Below, piece by piece: positions 19,909 through 29,465 of a stretch of DNA of 64,000 nt. Under the pieces are notes generated by a model that was given only the letters and a program-made list of their open reading frames with translations, was not told where the DNA came from and ran no database searches. Source of the stretch: Raoultibacter sp. (GTDB lineage: Bacteria; Actinomycetota; Coriobacteriia; Coriobacteriales; Eggerthellaceae). Positions within the stretch are counted from its first letter, which is position 1, and each line of letters starts with the position of its first letter. The position numbers and the translations under genes are program-made. The DNA lies in NCBI GenBank assembly GCA_036651575.1, contig JAVVXN010000003.1, positions 9,766 to 73,765 on the forward strand, written 5' to 3'.

Positions 19909-20298
19909 ATGAAGAAGCTTATCGCGCAATTGATGAAATTCGGCGTAGTCGGCGTGATCGCGTTTGTGATCGATTATGGTTTGTTGATCTTTTTGACAGA
20001 AGTGTTTTATGTCGACTATCTGATTAGCGCGACGATTTCCTTTACTGTTTCGGTTATCTTCAATTACGTTGCCAGCATGCGCTATGTTTTTTCTCACCGT
20101 GAAGGAATGAGCCGTCGTCGTGAATTTGTTATCTTTATCGTTTTGTCGGTATTGGGTCTTATCATCAACGATGTGGGCATGTGGGTCGGCGTGAGCCTTT
20201 TGGCGGTTGACTACCGTATCACCAAGATCGTTGCCACCGTCATCGTTATGCTCTGGAATTTCGTGACGCGCAAGATATTTCTCGATGGAGGACAGTGA
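19909..20298 (+). CDS. GtrA family membrane protein
   Basis: 129 aa with 4 TM helices. 'KFGVVGVIAFVIDYGLL' and 'WNFVTRKIFL' are typical of GtrA-like proteins. Start at ATG 19909. Confidence 0.8.
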   Translation: MKKLIAQLMKFGVVGVIAFVIDYGLLIFLTEVFYVDYLISATISFTVSVIFNYVASMRYVFSHREGMSRRREFVIFIVLSVLGLIINDVGMWVGVSLLAVDYRITKIVATVIVMLWNFVTRKIFLDGGQ

Positions 20299-20453
20299 GT
20301 CGGTTGACCCCTTGTTCTTCGACGCGGCGGGGAAGTGTCGGTGCGAAAGGGACCGGGCACATAGTTTTTTGCCGTAAAACGAGCAGAGCCGATGCATTTG
20401 GATACAATGAACGGGCGACTTAAACGCTAACAATTGCAAAAAAATGGGGGATT

Positions 20454-22301
20454 ATGAATCTTCATATAACAAAAAGGACCGCGCTTTTATTGGTTCTTGA
20501 TATTGCAGCAACGTATCTTGCTTATCTGCTGGCAGCTCTTTTGACCGATGTGTTTGCCGAAACGTTTGCGACGAATGAGATTTATTTTATGATAGGGGTG
20601 CTCGCTCTTATCAATATCGGCGTTCTGAGTCTTTTTCACCTCTACAATAATTTGTGGGAATACGCTTCCGTTGACGAGGCGATACAGATCGTCTTCGCCG
20701 TTGCACTCGCAACTCTTTTCGGCGCGGTATTTCTTTGGATTATCCAGGTACGTCTGCCGATCCGCGTCTTTTTCGTTGCCCTGTTCCTCCTTGTTTTTTT
20801 CCTGGGTGGTATTCGCATGATCTACCGTGTCGCGCGGCAGAAAAAACGTTCGATTGGCACGAATGCGCATGATCTTGAGCGTCCTCGCACCCTTATTGTG
20901 GGCGCGGGCGAAACGGGGTCGCTCACCATTGATCGCATGGCCTCAAAAGACCCGCTCATGGCCGGTATTCCCCTGGTTGCTACCGACGACGATCCCGCCA
21001 AGCGAGGGCTGCGCATCCATGGTGTGAAAGTCGCAGGAACAAGCGATGATATCATCGATCTCGTCGATCGATATGACATCGAGCAAATCGTGGTGGCTAT
21101 TCCTTCTTCAACACTCGAAGAACGAAAGCGTATTTATGCAATCTGCACTTTAACCGATTGTCAATTGCGGACCCTTCCCAACATTCGTGAACTTCGTATG
21201 GACGAACTCGACGAGGTAACGCTACGTGAAGTCGATGTGGCCGATTTGTTGGGGCGAGAAGAAATTGTTTTGGACACGCGAGCGGTGAGCGGTTATATAG
21301 CGGGAAAGACGATACTGGTTACCGGAGGCGGCGGATCGATTGGCAGTGAGCTTGCGCGGCAGCTTTGCGTGGTGGCTCCTTCGTGCATCGTCGTGTTCGA
21401 TATGTATGAAAACGATGCCTATATGCTTCGCAGTGAATTGCTCAGTCAGTACAGTGACGTTGCTGTTGTCATTGAAATCGGCAATGTGTGCGATAGCGCT
21501 CGCGTCAACGAGATATTCGCAAAATATCAACCGAGTGTCGTGTTTCACGCTGCTGCTCACAAACACGTTCCCCTTATGGAAGTATGCCCGCGCGAAGCGG
21601 TGCAAAATAATGTGTTTGGAACCCTGAATGTCGTCAGGGCAGCGGATGCTTCGGGGGTCAAACGCTTTATTTTTATCTCGACCGATAAAGCGGTGAACCC
21701 TACCTCGGTGATGGGTGCTACCAAGCGCATGGGTGAAATGGTCATGCAATACTACGCCCGTACTTCTCAAACCGTTTTTTCAGCAGTTCGGTTTGGCAAT
21801 GTGTTGGGCTCGAGCGGCTCGGTCATTCCTGTCTTTAAGCGCCAGATTGCCACCGGCGGTCCGGTGACGGTTACGCATCCCGAAATCGAGCGGTACTTCA
21901 TGACTATTCCCGAAGCGTCGCGACTGGTCATCCAGGCGGGTGGTATGGCGCAGGGGGGCGAGATATTCATTCTTGACATGGGGGATCCCGTCAAGATTCT
22001 TGATTTGGCAAAAAGCCTCATTCAGCTTTCGGGGCTGACGCTTGACACCGATATCAAAATCGAATTTACCGGTTTGCGGGGAGGAGAGAAGATGTATGAA
22101 GAGCTTCTCATGAATGAAGAAAGCACTATTCCTACCGGTAATCCCTCTATTATGGTGTCGACTGGCCAAGAGATCAGCTATGCCGAAGTGGCCACGAAGC
22201 TCGAAGAGCTCAAGGAGGCTATTGCGGCAACCGATGCTGTGGCTATTTGCGTGCTGGAAGAGGCTGTTCCCACGTACACGCAAACGCTCAACCGCGAATA
22301 A
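20454..22301 (+). CDS. membrane-anchored CapD/PglF-type nucleotide-sugar 4,6-dehydratase
   Basis: N-terminal TM helices, Rossmann motif 'LVTGGGGSIGSEL', and 'STDKAVNPTSVMGATKR'. Confidence 0.85.
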   Translation: MNLHITKRTALLLVLDIAATYLAYLLAALLTDVFAETFATNEIYFMIGVLALINIGVLSLFHLYNNLWEYASVDEAIQIVFAVALATLFGAVFLWIIQVRLPIRVFFVALFLLVFFLGGIRMIYRVARQKKRSIGTNAHDLERPRTLIVGAGETGSLTIDRMASKDPLMAGIPLVATDDDPAKRGLRIHGVKVAGTSDDIIDLVDRYDIEQIVVAIPSSTLEERKRIYAICTLTDCQLRTLPNIRELRMDELDEVTLREVDVADLLGREEIVLDTRAVSGYIAGKTILVTGGGGSIGSELARQLCVVAPSCIVVFDMYENDAYMLRSELLSQYSDVAVVIEIGNVCDSARVNEIFAKYQPSVVFHAAAHKHVPLMEVCPREAVQNNVFGTLNVVRAADASGVKRFIFISTDKAVNPTSVMGATKRMGEMVMQYYARTSQTVFSAVRFGNVLGSSGSVIPVFKRQIATGGPVTVTHPEIERYFMTIPEASRLVIQAGGMAQGGEIFILDMGDPVKILDLAKSLIQLSGLTLDTDIKIEFTGLRGGEKMYEELLMNEESTIPTGNPSIMVSTGQEISYAEVATKLEELKEAIAATDAVAICVLEEAVPTYTQTLNRE

Positions 22302-22372
22302 AGCTCTATTCGAGCGCATAAATCGGGCATATCCTGGTACTATAATACTTATAAGACGTCGAAAGGAATATC

Positions 22373-23500
22373 ATGGCGAACAAAAGCTTAGCGAAAAATC
22401 CTTCTGATTTGTGTGTGCTCGTTACGGGCGGTGCTGGTTTTATTGGAAGCCACACGTGCGTCGAGCTTTTGGAACAGGGATACCGCGTGGTGGTCGTCGA
22501 TAATCTGGGAAACTCAAGCGAGGAAGCGCTTGCGCGAGTGAGACGCATCACCGGAGTTGATGACGAGCGGCTTTCGTTTTATAAGGAAGATATCCTTGAT
22601 CGGGAAGCGCTGAATAGAATTTTCGATGAAAACGATATTGACGCGATGATTCACTTTGCGGGATTTAAAGCGGTTGGCGAAAGTATACAAAAACCTCTGG
22701 AGTACTACTGGAACAACATCACCGGAACGCTCGTTCTCTGTGAAGTTGCCCGCAGCCACGGGGTAAAAAATATCGTGTTTTCCAGCAGTGCAACCGTGTA
22801 TGGTAATCCCGAATTTGTGCCAATTACCGAAGAGTGCCCCAAGCATGAAGCGACGAATCCCTACGGGGAAACAAAGAATATGCTTGAGCGGATCTTGACC
22901 GATCTTTACGGCGGCGACGGTGAATGGAATATTATCTTTTTACGCTATTTTAATCCCATTGGAGCACATGAGAGCGGTCTGATCGGGGAAGATCCCAAGG
23001 GGATCCCCAACAATCTTATGCCCTATGTCGCGCAGGTTGCTTCGGGTAAGTTGGAATGCATCAAGGTATTGGGAGACGATTACCCGACCCCTGACGGTAC
23101 GGGAGTGCGCGACTACGTTCACGTGGTCGATTTGGCGCGGGGTCACGTAAGGGCGCTTGATTGGATGGGTGGAAAGTGTGGAGCAGAAAAAATAAGCGGC
23201 CCGGGATGTATTTCGGGTATTCCCGACGATGATGGCACCCGTCGCGGGGTGGGTATTTTTAATCTGGGAACCGGTACCGGATCGAGCGTATTCGATGTGA
23301 TTCACGCTTTTGAGCGGGTCTGCGGAAAAACGCTTCCCTATGAAGTGGTGTCTCGTCGTGCGGGGGATATCGCGTCGTGTTATGCGGCGTGTGAAAAAGC
23401 GCGAATTGAATTGGATTGGGTTGCCCGCTACGACCTTGAGCGTATGTGTACCGATGCGTGGCGTTGGCAATCAAATAATCCCAACGGCTATGAGGACTGA
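22373..23500 (+). CDS. galE: UDP-hexose 4-epimerase
   Basis: 'VTGGAGFIGSH', 'SSSATVYG' and 'NPYGETK'. A ~22-aa insertion precedes 'IFNLGTG' compared with E. coli GalE. Confidence 0.9.
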   Translation: MANKSLAKNPSDLCVLVTGGAGFIGSHTCVELLEQGYRVVVVDNLGNSSEEALARVRRITGVDDERLSFYKEDILDREALNRIFDENDIDAMIHFAGFKAVGESIQKPLEYYWNNITGTLVLCEVARSHGVKNIVFSSSATVYGNPEFVPITEECPKHEATNPYGETKNMLERILTDLYGGDGEWNIIFLRYFNPIGAHESGLIGEDPKGIPNNLMPYVAQVASGKLECIKVLGDDYPTPDGTGVRDYVHVVDLARGHVRALDWMGGKCGAEKISGPGCISGIPDDDGTRRGVGIFNLGTGTGSSVFDVIHAFERVCGKTLPYEVVSRRAGDIASCYAACEKARIELDWVARYDLERMCTDAWRWQSNNPNGYED

Positions 23501-24245
23501 GCGTGTGAACCAAAAAGTAAGGGGAGCGTGTCGTGTTTTGGTGATTGTGCCCGCGTATAATGAAGCGGGTAACATCCTTTCGACTCTTACTGATTTAAGG
23601 GAAAACACCGCCTATGATTGTCTGGTGGTCGATGATGGTTCAACCGATGAAACCTTGTTGCTCTGTCGGGAGTATGGCGTACCCGTTGTGAGCCTTCCGA
23701 TGAATCTTGGTATCGGGGGCGCGGTGCAGGCGGGGTATAAATACGCGTATCGAAACGCTTATGATGTTGCGGTTCAGTTTGATGGTGACGGCCAGCACGA
23801 TGCGACGTTTATCGTGTCTTTGGTTGCCGCTCTTGAAGATGAACATTTCAATATGGCGATTGGATCTCGATTTTCTTCTGATTTTGAAGATAATTTTAAA
23901 TCGACCCGGATGCGACGGGTCGGCATCAGGTGGTTATCGGGCGTCATTTATCTGTTTACACACCAGGTCATCACCGATCCTACCAGTGGTTTTAGAGCGG
24001 TGGATCGGGCGGTGATGAAGCTGTTTTGTGAGAGCTATCCCGTTGATTACCCCGAGCCGGAATCGGCGGTCGTGGTGCTTTCTCATGGTCTCAAAATAAA
24101 AGAAGTTGGGGTCATGATGAATGAACGTAAAAATGGGTTATCTTCCATCGGGTCGCTTTCGGCGATGTATTACATGGTCAAGGTTACCCTTGCGGTAATG
24201 ACGCAGAGCGCTTCGAGAGTAAGAGGGCATAAAAAATGTCTTTAG
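23490..24245 (+). CDS. soluble-type GT2 polyprenyl-phosphate sugar synthase (PpgS/DPM1-like)
   Basis: 'VIVPAYNEAGNI', 'VVDDGSTDET' and 'FDGDGQHD'. The start overlaps the end of galE (ATG 23490, or GTG 23505). A small membrane partner gene follows it. Confidence 0.8.
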   Translation: MRTERVNQKVRGACRVLVIVPAYNEAGNILSTLTDLRENTAYDCLVVDDGSTDETLLLCREYGVPVVSLPMNLGIGGAVQAGYKYAYRNAYDVAVQFDGDGQHDATFIVSLVAALEDEHFNMAIGSRFSSDFEDNFKSTRMRRVGIRWLSGVIYLFTHQVITDPTSGFRAVDRAVMKLFCESYPVDYPEPESAVVVLSHGLKIKEVGVMMNERKNGLSSIGSLSAMYYMVKVTLAVMTQSASRVRGHKKCL

Positions 24246-24589
24246 TGCTGAGATTGTTCATCGGTATTGTCTGTTTCTTTTTTTTGATATTTGTCTTAAT
24301 GATGATTAGGCGCGAACGATTTATTTTGAAATATGCGCTCGTTTGGCTTGTTGCGGGTGTGGTGGGTGTGGTCGTTGCTGTTTTCCCTGGTTTGGCTGAG
24401 GTGGTGTCGTCATTTTTTGGCTTCGAAACAACCTCGAATTTTATTTTCTTTCTCGTTCTCTGCTTCCTGCTTGCGGTTTGCCTGTCGTTAAGCGCTATCG
24501 TTTCAAAGCAATCGCTTCGCATTAAAGATTTGGTGCAAGAAATCGCCCTGTTAAATGTTCGGGATGAAAAATCCGAGAATGATCAATAG
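24236..24589 (+). CDS. small 3-4 TM membrane protein, DUF2304-like
   Basis: 117 aa. 'MMIRRERFILKYALVWL' matches my recollection of DUF2304. The start overlaps the GT2 stop, suggesting translational coupling. Confidence 0.6.
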   Translation: MSLVLRLFIGIVCFFFLIFVLMMIRRERFILKYALVWLVAGVVGVVVAVFPGLAEVVSSFFGFETTSNFIFFLVLCFLLAVCLSLSAIVSKQSLRIKDLVQEIALLNVRDEKSENDQ

Positions 24590-24660
24590 AGCGGGTTGAT
24601 CTAGGGCATCCGTTTTCTCTGGTGCGCGAACGCAAGTGGGTAAAAGCGGCATCCCGAAAT

Positions 24661-25044
24661 TTAGGCGAACACAACCTTTCGGTACAGGATAAAATTCCAG
24701 AGCGTTATGCAGACCATGGTGATCAGTTTGGCGATAATTGACATGAGACCGGCATCGATGAGCAGAGAAATCGTTATGGTTGAAAAAACGGTATTGAACG
24801 TGAAGAGAATCAGATAGAGCACGACGCTCTTGGCGGGATTCGAAGAGCTTTTGAACGCATACGTGCGGTTCATGAGGAAGTTGAATGTGGTGGCAACAAC
24901 AAGGGCGCTGATGTTGGAAAAAGCCACGGGCCAGCCAAACAACGCGTAGAGCAGTTGGAAGAGACAGAGTTCAAGGGCTGCAGATGAGCCACCGATAAGA
25001 AGGTATTTTATTCCCTGTTGCTTGATTGATTTGTAATCGACCAT
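24661..25044 (-). CDS. GtrA family membrane protein (second copy)
   Basis: 'IKYLLIGGSSAALELCLFQLLY' and 'WNFILYRKVVFA'. The start is refined to 'MVDYKS' (25044), which has an upstream AAGGGA RBS. Confidence 0.8.
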   Translation of the reverse strand: MVDYKSIKQQGIKYLLIGGSSAALELCLFQLLYALFGWPVAFSNISALVVATTFNFLMNRTYAFKSSSNPAKSVVLYLILFTFNTVFSTITISLLIDAGLMSIIAKLITMVCITLWNFILYRKVVFA

Positions 25045-25398
25045 GCCATCCCTTAGCTGCTGTGCGGCGGTGGTAAAACATGCCACTTGTGTTAGGTATC
25101 CGATTTGGATTTATAGACCATCATGATACCATCGGCCGCATCGGTTGCTGCGGCTTTTACGCGGGCTGCTCGGCGGGTTCCACAATATGGCTACACGGAC
25201 GCAGCAGGGGTTAAAGCGAGGGGGTTTGCCCTCCTTTTCGGTCGTGTCTCTTTACGGGTGGTTGTTTTTTCTTGTTCCTTTTGTTTGCTCGTCGGCGCGG
25301 TGGGGTATGATTGCCCTGCGTGCTGAAAAGCAGGCTTTATGTTTCCGGCTTTCTTGTATCGAAGAAAAAGAAGCTGGCGTGCGCTAACGGAGGGTTTC

Positions 25399-26346
25399 AT
25401 GGATTTATCGCTGATTGTGCCAGCTTATAACGAAGAAGGTAATATCCGACCGTTTTTTGATGCCGTGCAAGAGGCATTTTCCGGGCTGGATAAACGGTGT
25501 GAATTAATTTTTGTCGATGACGGCAGTGCGGATCAAACGGCGGAGGTAATGCGTTCGCTCCTCTCTCGACAAACAGACCGTCTCTCAATCAAAGTGGTTA
25601 TTTTTTCACGAAATTTTGGGAAGGAAGCGGCTTTGTATGCGGGGTTGCGCCATGCGGACGCCGATCTTGTCGGTTTTATCGATTCCGATCTGCAGCAGCT
25701 TCCCGAAACCGTTGTTGAGATGGTCCATATTTTAGATACGCATCCCGAATATGACTGCGTTGCTGCGTATCAACGTGATCGCAACCGGAGCGCCCTGATC
25801 GACTGGTGTTCAAAAGCTTTCTACAAGCTGCTGGGGGTTTCTTCCGGCATGACGGTTATTACCGACGCAAGTGATTTCAGGGTCTTTCGACGCACTGTCG
25901 CGCAAGCTCTGTTGTCGGTGGATGAGTGCTACCGTTTCTCGAAGGGTATATTTTCCTGGATCGGTTTTAATACGTATGCGTTTGCCTATACCCCGAGTTC
26001 TCGTTTTGAGGGAACGTCAACCTGGTCTTTCAGGAAGTTGGTACGCTATGCCTGGAACGGCTTGCTGTCGTTTACGGCCTTTCCCCTTAAGATAGCAACC
26101 TATTTGGGGTTTTTGGCCTTTGCCGCTTCCTCGATTTATCTGGTTGTGGTACTGACTCAGAGGATAATCTGGGGTGTTGACGTACCTGGTTATGCCACTA
26201 TCGTCGCTCTTATTTTGCTGCTCGGCGGCATCCAGCTTCTGGTGTTGGGGATTATCGGGGAATACTTGGCGCGCGTGTACACACAGGGCAAGCAGAGACC
26301 TCTATATATAGAGAAGGCCTATCTCGAGGGACCTGAGGACGAATAG
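25399..26346 (+). CDS. GtrB/CsbB-like GT2 polyprenyl-phosphate glycosyltransferase
   Basis: 'LSLIVPAYNEEGNI', 'FVDDGSADQT' and 'DSDLQ', plus two C-terminal TM helices. The RBS 'AACGGAGGG' precedes ATG 25399. Confidence 0.85.
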   Translation: MDLSLIVPAYNEEGNIRPFFDAVQEAFSGLDKRCELIFVDDGSADQTAEVMRSLLSRQTDRLSIKVVIFSRNFGKEAALYAGLRHADADLVGFIDSDLQQLPETVVEMVHILDTHPEYDCVAAYQRDRNRSALIDWCSKAFYKLLGVSSGMTVITDASDFRVFRRTVAQALLSVDECYRFSKGIFSWIGFNTYAFAYTPSSRFEGTSTWSFRKLVRYAWNGLLSFTAFPLKIATYLGFLAFAASSIYLVVVLTQRIIWGVDVPGYATIVALILLLGGIQLLVLGIIGEYLARVYTQGKQRPLYIEKAYLEGPEDE

Positions 26347-26372
26347 CTGATACGTGAAGCGCGCATCAGCTA
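26344..26372. other. hairpin between convergent GT2 and yfhO-like genes
   Basis: TAGCTGAT (26344-26351) pairs with ATCAGCTA (26365-26372) and spans both stop codons. Confidence 0.35.
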
Positions 26373-29164
26373 TTCGAAGCGGTGAGCTTACTTGTTGGGG
26401 GAGCGGGAGGGTTCCTTTTCCGACGCCATGCCGAAAAGCATGAGGTCGCGCCGATGCACAGGCCGGTGACAAGGGAAATCAGTGCTCCGGTGTTGAAGCT
26501 TTGGTTGGTATAGGTAAGCTCGACGGTGTGATCTCCCGGTTCCAAGTATATGCCGGTAAAAATATCATGCACAGAAATGGTGTCTTGCGCTTTGCCGTCG
26601 ACGATGCAGGTCCATCCGCGATTGTACGGTACGGAAAGCGATAAGATACCTACGGATTGATTATTGATCGTTCCTTTGATCTTGTTGTTGGTAATGGAGA
26701 GATTTTCGAGATTGTAAAGGTTTCTTTGGTCTGTCCATTGTTCGAGGTTTCGATACGAGCTGAACTGGAGCTTGGCGTTGCTGACCGTATAGGAACCCTC
26801 GCTGATACCGACGGTGATTTTTCCGGAAGCTTCCGGAGGGCAGAACGCATACGTGTCGGTCGGATATCCCCAGCGGAAGTCGTGAGCCGGGGACCAGTAT
26901 TGTTCGCCGTTTACAGACATCAAAAAAGAAGTTCCGTCCTGCTTGGTAGCCGTAAACGAAAGAAGGTATTCTCCGGCATCTGTTTGTGCAGAAAGGGGTA
27001 TGGTTATTGCTGCATCATCGTGATCTGCGACCAAGGTGCCATCGGCGAAAGAACAGTTTGAAAACGTGATGTTGCTGTTGGCGAGATCGATGGTTTGTAT
27101 TGTTTCTCTCAGGTCAATCGAGGCTTGGGGCAGGTGGGGAAGAGCGGCCGGGTCATCGATTGCCGCCGTCTGGAGGAGTGCCGCGTCTTTTTCTGCATAC
27201 GACCACGAATCGTAGGAACTTGACGGCGCAGACGAGTCATACCACAGGTCAATGCCGTTCGCGTATGTGTTTTCAAGAATGTCAGTGCCCTGAAACGAGG
27301 AGGGTTGATATCCATAGGTATTGCTGGTTTTATTCGTGTTGAATTTATAGCGCACGCCCCATGCATTTTCCAGGAAGAGACGGTGCCCGAATCCTTGATA
27401 GTATGACGCCGTTTTCGTTGTTGGAGTCACGCAATGGTCGATTTTGAGCCACCGGCTGATATCTTTCGATATCAGGGAATTATATGCGCTGACGGGGTAT
27501 GTTCCGAGCAGCCATGATCTGTTTTCGAATCGTTCCTCGAAACCATTGTCGTTGAAATTTCGAGACGTTTCTTCGTCGTTTGTGCGGAAGAATTCGTCGG
27601 GGGGCACGTTGAGGGTGCGATATGCCTGCTGGGTTGCTTCGTCTCCCTCGAAAAGTTGATTGAGTTCTTGGGAATCTTGCGTGGTTCCAATACCGACGTT
27701 GTTGCGAAACCCCGATGCTAGGGCGTAGGGGCCATAGGGCATAGCGATCAGCGTGGCGCATATGAAAGCGGTCAGCGCAGCGCCTTTGAGCAGTTTTATC
27801 CGGTGCGGTATCGTTGTTTTTTGTAGGAAGAATAGGCACGCGATGAAGGCAAACTGCAGAAAGAAAAACAGTAAGTCAGACACGCAAATTGGTGGAAAAT
27901 AATAGCTCCCGGCGCTCGATGCGTCGAGGACGCGATAGTCGTGCGTGGCGATACATACGGCCAGGACAACGCCGATTCCTCCAAGGACACATACGCGGAT
28001 TCTTTTTTGAGCAATAAGGGCTTCAAGCCAGTTGGGCAGGGCATAGGCGATGACGAAAAAGATGAGGTAGCACCACCGGTTTGAAAGGTAAGAAAAGCCA
28101 TTCATGACACTTGAAATGGCCGGAATCATCCAAAGGATGAGGAAGGTGACGGCAAGGATGGTCTTTCTTTTTGTGGGGGTGTCGACTTTCTTGAAATCAA
28201 TGAAAAAAACGAGAAGGACAACGAGGGGCAAAGCGTAGGTTTGCGACTCGGCGGCGAAAAAGGAACCTCCCTTGAAAAAAAGGATTTCAGGAAGGATTTT
28301 GAGAAATTCCAGAGAGGGAAGCAGGGTGAAAGATGAAGGAATTGGAGTGCGGTCGGCATTGAGAAAAGCCATGACCGAGGGGAAAAAAGCAACGGCTGCA
28401 AGCAAAATTGATACGATTACAATACCGGTGAGCCGCCCCAATTTTTTGACATAGATCAGGATGCTTCGAGAAGTTTTCCCCGGCAGTTTTTGGTATAAAA
28501 ACACCAAAGCAAATACGAGGTAGAACAAACAATTGATATACCCGAAGTAAAAGCTATTGGCAAAGCTGAAGGCAACTGCCACGCAGAGCGGAAGCCATGA
28601 GCGCGTCTTTTCATAGTGGTTAAACGCCATAATTACCAAAGGGGGCCAGATCATGGCATCGGTCATGAAGTCAAAGGCAAAGGAATTGTCGATAAACCAA
28701 AAAGAGCAGCCGTAGACGATTGCTGCGATACTGGCAGAAAAATCCGATTTGCGTTCTTGTTTCAGCAGGGCATACAGCAAGACCATGCAAAGTGTTTCTT
28801 TGACGATACTGAAGATGAGGCGCCATAGTTGCGTCGAATAAAAATCGCCCCCCGCTACACCGAAGAGTGCTTTTATGGCAAATTGGAGGTAGAAAAAAGG
28901 TGACGTTGAATAGTAGTATGAAAATTCCGAATACAGGTCACCCCCCAGTCCATATTCCCACGACCAAAACAGATTACCCGCAAGGATGTTTCTTTCAAGG
29001 AGTGAGATGGAAGGGATAAGCTGCGTGGTCGAGTCGCCGCCGAAGTAGGTGAACACCGCAGATTCGACTCCGAAAAATTGAGGAAGAAAAAGTGCATGCG
29101 AAGCAACTGCAAGCGCAAAGAACGCGACTATGGTCAATGCGGTGCGCACAACTTTGCTGTTCAT
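26366..29164 (-). CDS. YfhO family polytopic membrane protein (putative extracytoplasmic glycosyltransferase)
   Basis: ~930 aa with many N-terminal TM helices, a large C-terminal extracytoplasmic domain and a final TM helix. The start is set at 'MNSKVVRTAL' (29164). The upstream part of ORF ..29545 overlaps the divergent gene start and looks non-coding. Confidence 0.75.
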   Translation of the reverse strand: MNSKVVRTALTIVAFFALAVASHALFLPQFFGVESAVFTYFGGDSTTQLIPSISLLERNILAGNLFWSWEYGLGGDLYSEFSYYYSTSPFFYLQFAIKALFGVAGGDFYSTQLWRLIFSIVKETLCMVLLYALLKQERKSDFSASIAAIVYGCSFWFIDNSFAFDFMTDAMIWPPLVIMAFNHYEKTRSWLPLCVAVAFSFANSFYFGYINCLFYLVFALVFLYQKLPGKTSRSILIYVKKLGRLTGIVIVSILLAAVAFFPSVMAFLNADRTPIPSSFTLLPSLEFLKILPEILFFKGGSFFAAESQTYALPLVVLLVFFIDFKKVDTPTKRKTILAVTFLILWMIPAISSVMNGFSYLSNRWCYLIFFVIAYALPNWLEALIAQKRIRVCVLGGIGVVLAVCIATHDYRVLDASSAGSYYFPPICVSDLLFFFLQFAFIACLFFLQKTTIPHRIKLLKGAALTAFICATLIAMPYGPYALASGFRNNVGIGTTQDSQELNQLFEGDEATQQAYRTLNVPPDEFFRTNDEETSRNFNDNGFEERFENRSWLLGTYPVSAYNSLISKDISRWLKIDHCVTPTTKTASYYQGFGHRLFLENAWGVRYKFNTNKTSNTYGYQPSSFQGTDILENTYANGIDLWYDSSAPSSSYDSWSYAEKDAALLQTAAIDDPAALPHLPQASIDLRETIQTIDLANSNITFSNCSFADGTLVADHDDAAITIPLSAQTDAGEYLLSFTATKQDGTSFLMSVNGEQYWSPAHDFRWGYPTDTYAFCPPEASGKITVGISEGSYTVSNAKLQFSSYRNLEQWTDQRNLYNLENLSITNNKIKGTINNQSVGILSLSVPYNRGWTCIVDGKAQDTISVHDIFTGIYLEPGDHTVELTYTNQSFNTGALISLVTGLCIGATSCFSAWRRKRNPPAPPTSKLTASNS

Positions 29165-29465
29165 GGCCCTCCACGATCTTTCGAACCGATCTTGTCTTCG
29201 CTGGGTGCTAATGGATACAGACCAGGGTACCATAAAAGAAAACAGAGCCATCTTTATCTCTCTTATTCCATTAAGGCGTGTCCTCTGTGGGGTGTCTCGC
29301 CCTTGCGCTTGCGAGTCCGTACGCACGTGCGAGGAATTATTCCCAAGGATAGTCCTTGGATTTTTCCTGATAATGCCTCTGTGCTGCCGGTTTCCGATGG
29401 GGTAAGGAGATATCATGACGGGGTTCGAGCTTTGGTTGTGCAGCTCGCAAAAATGAGGAGGCACC

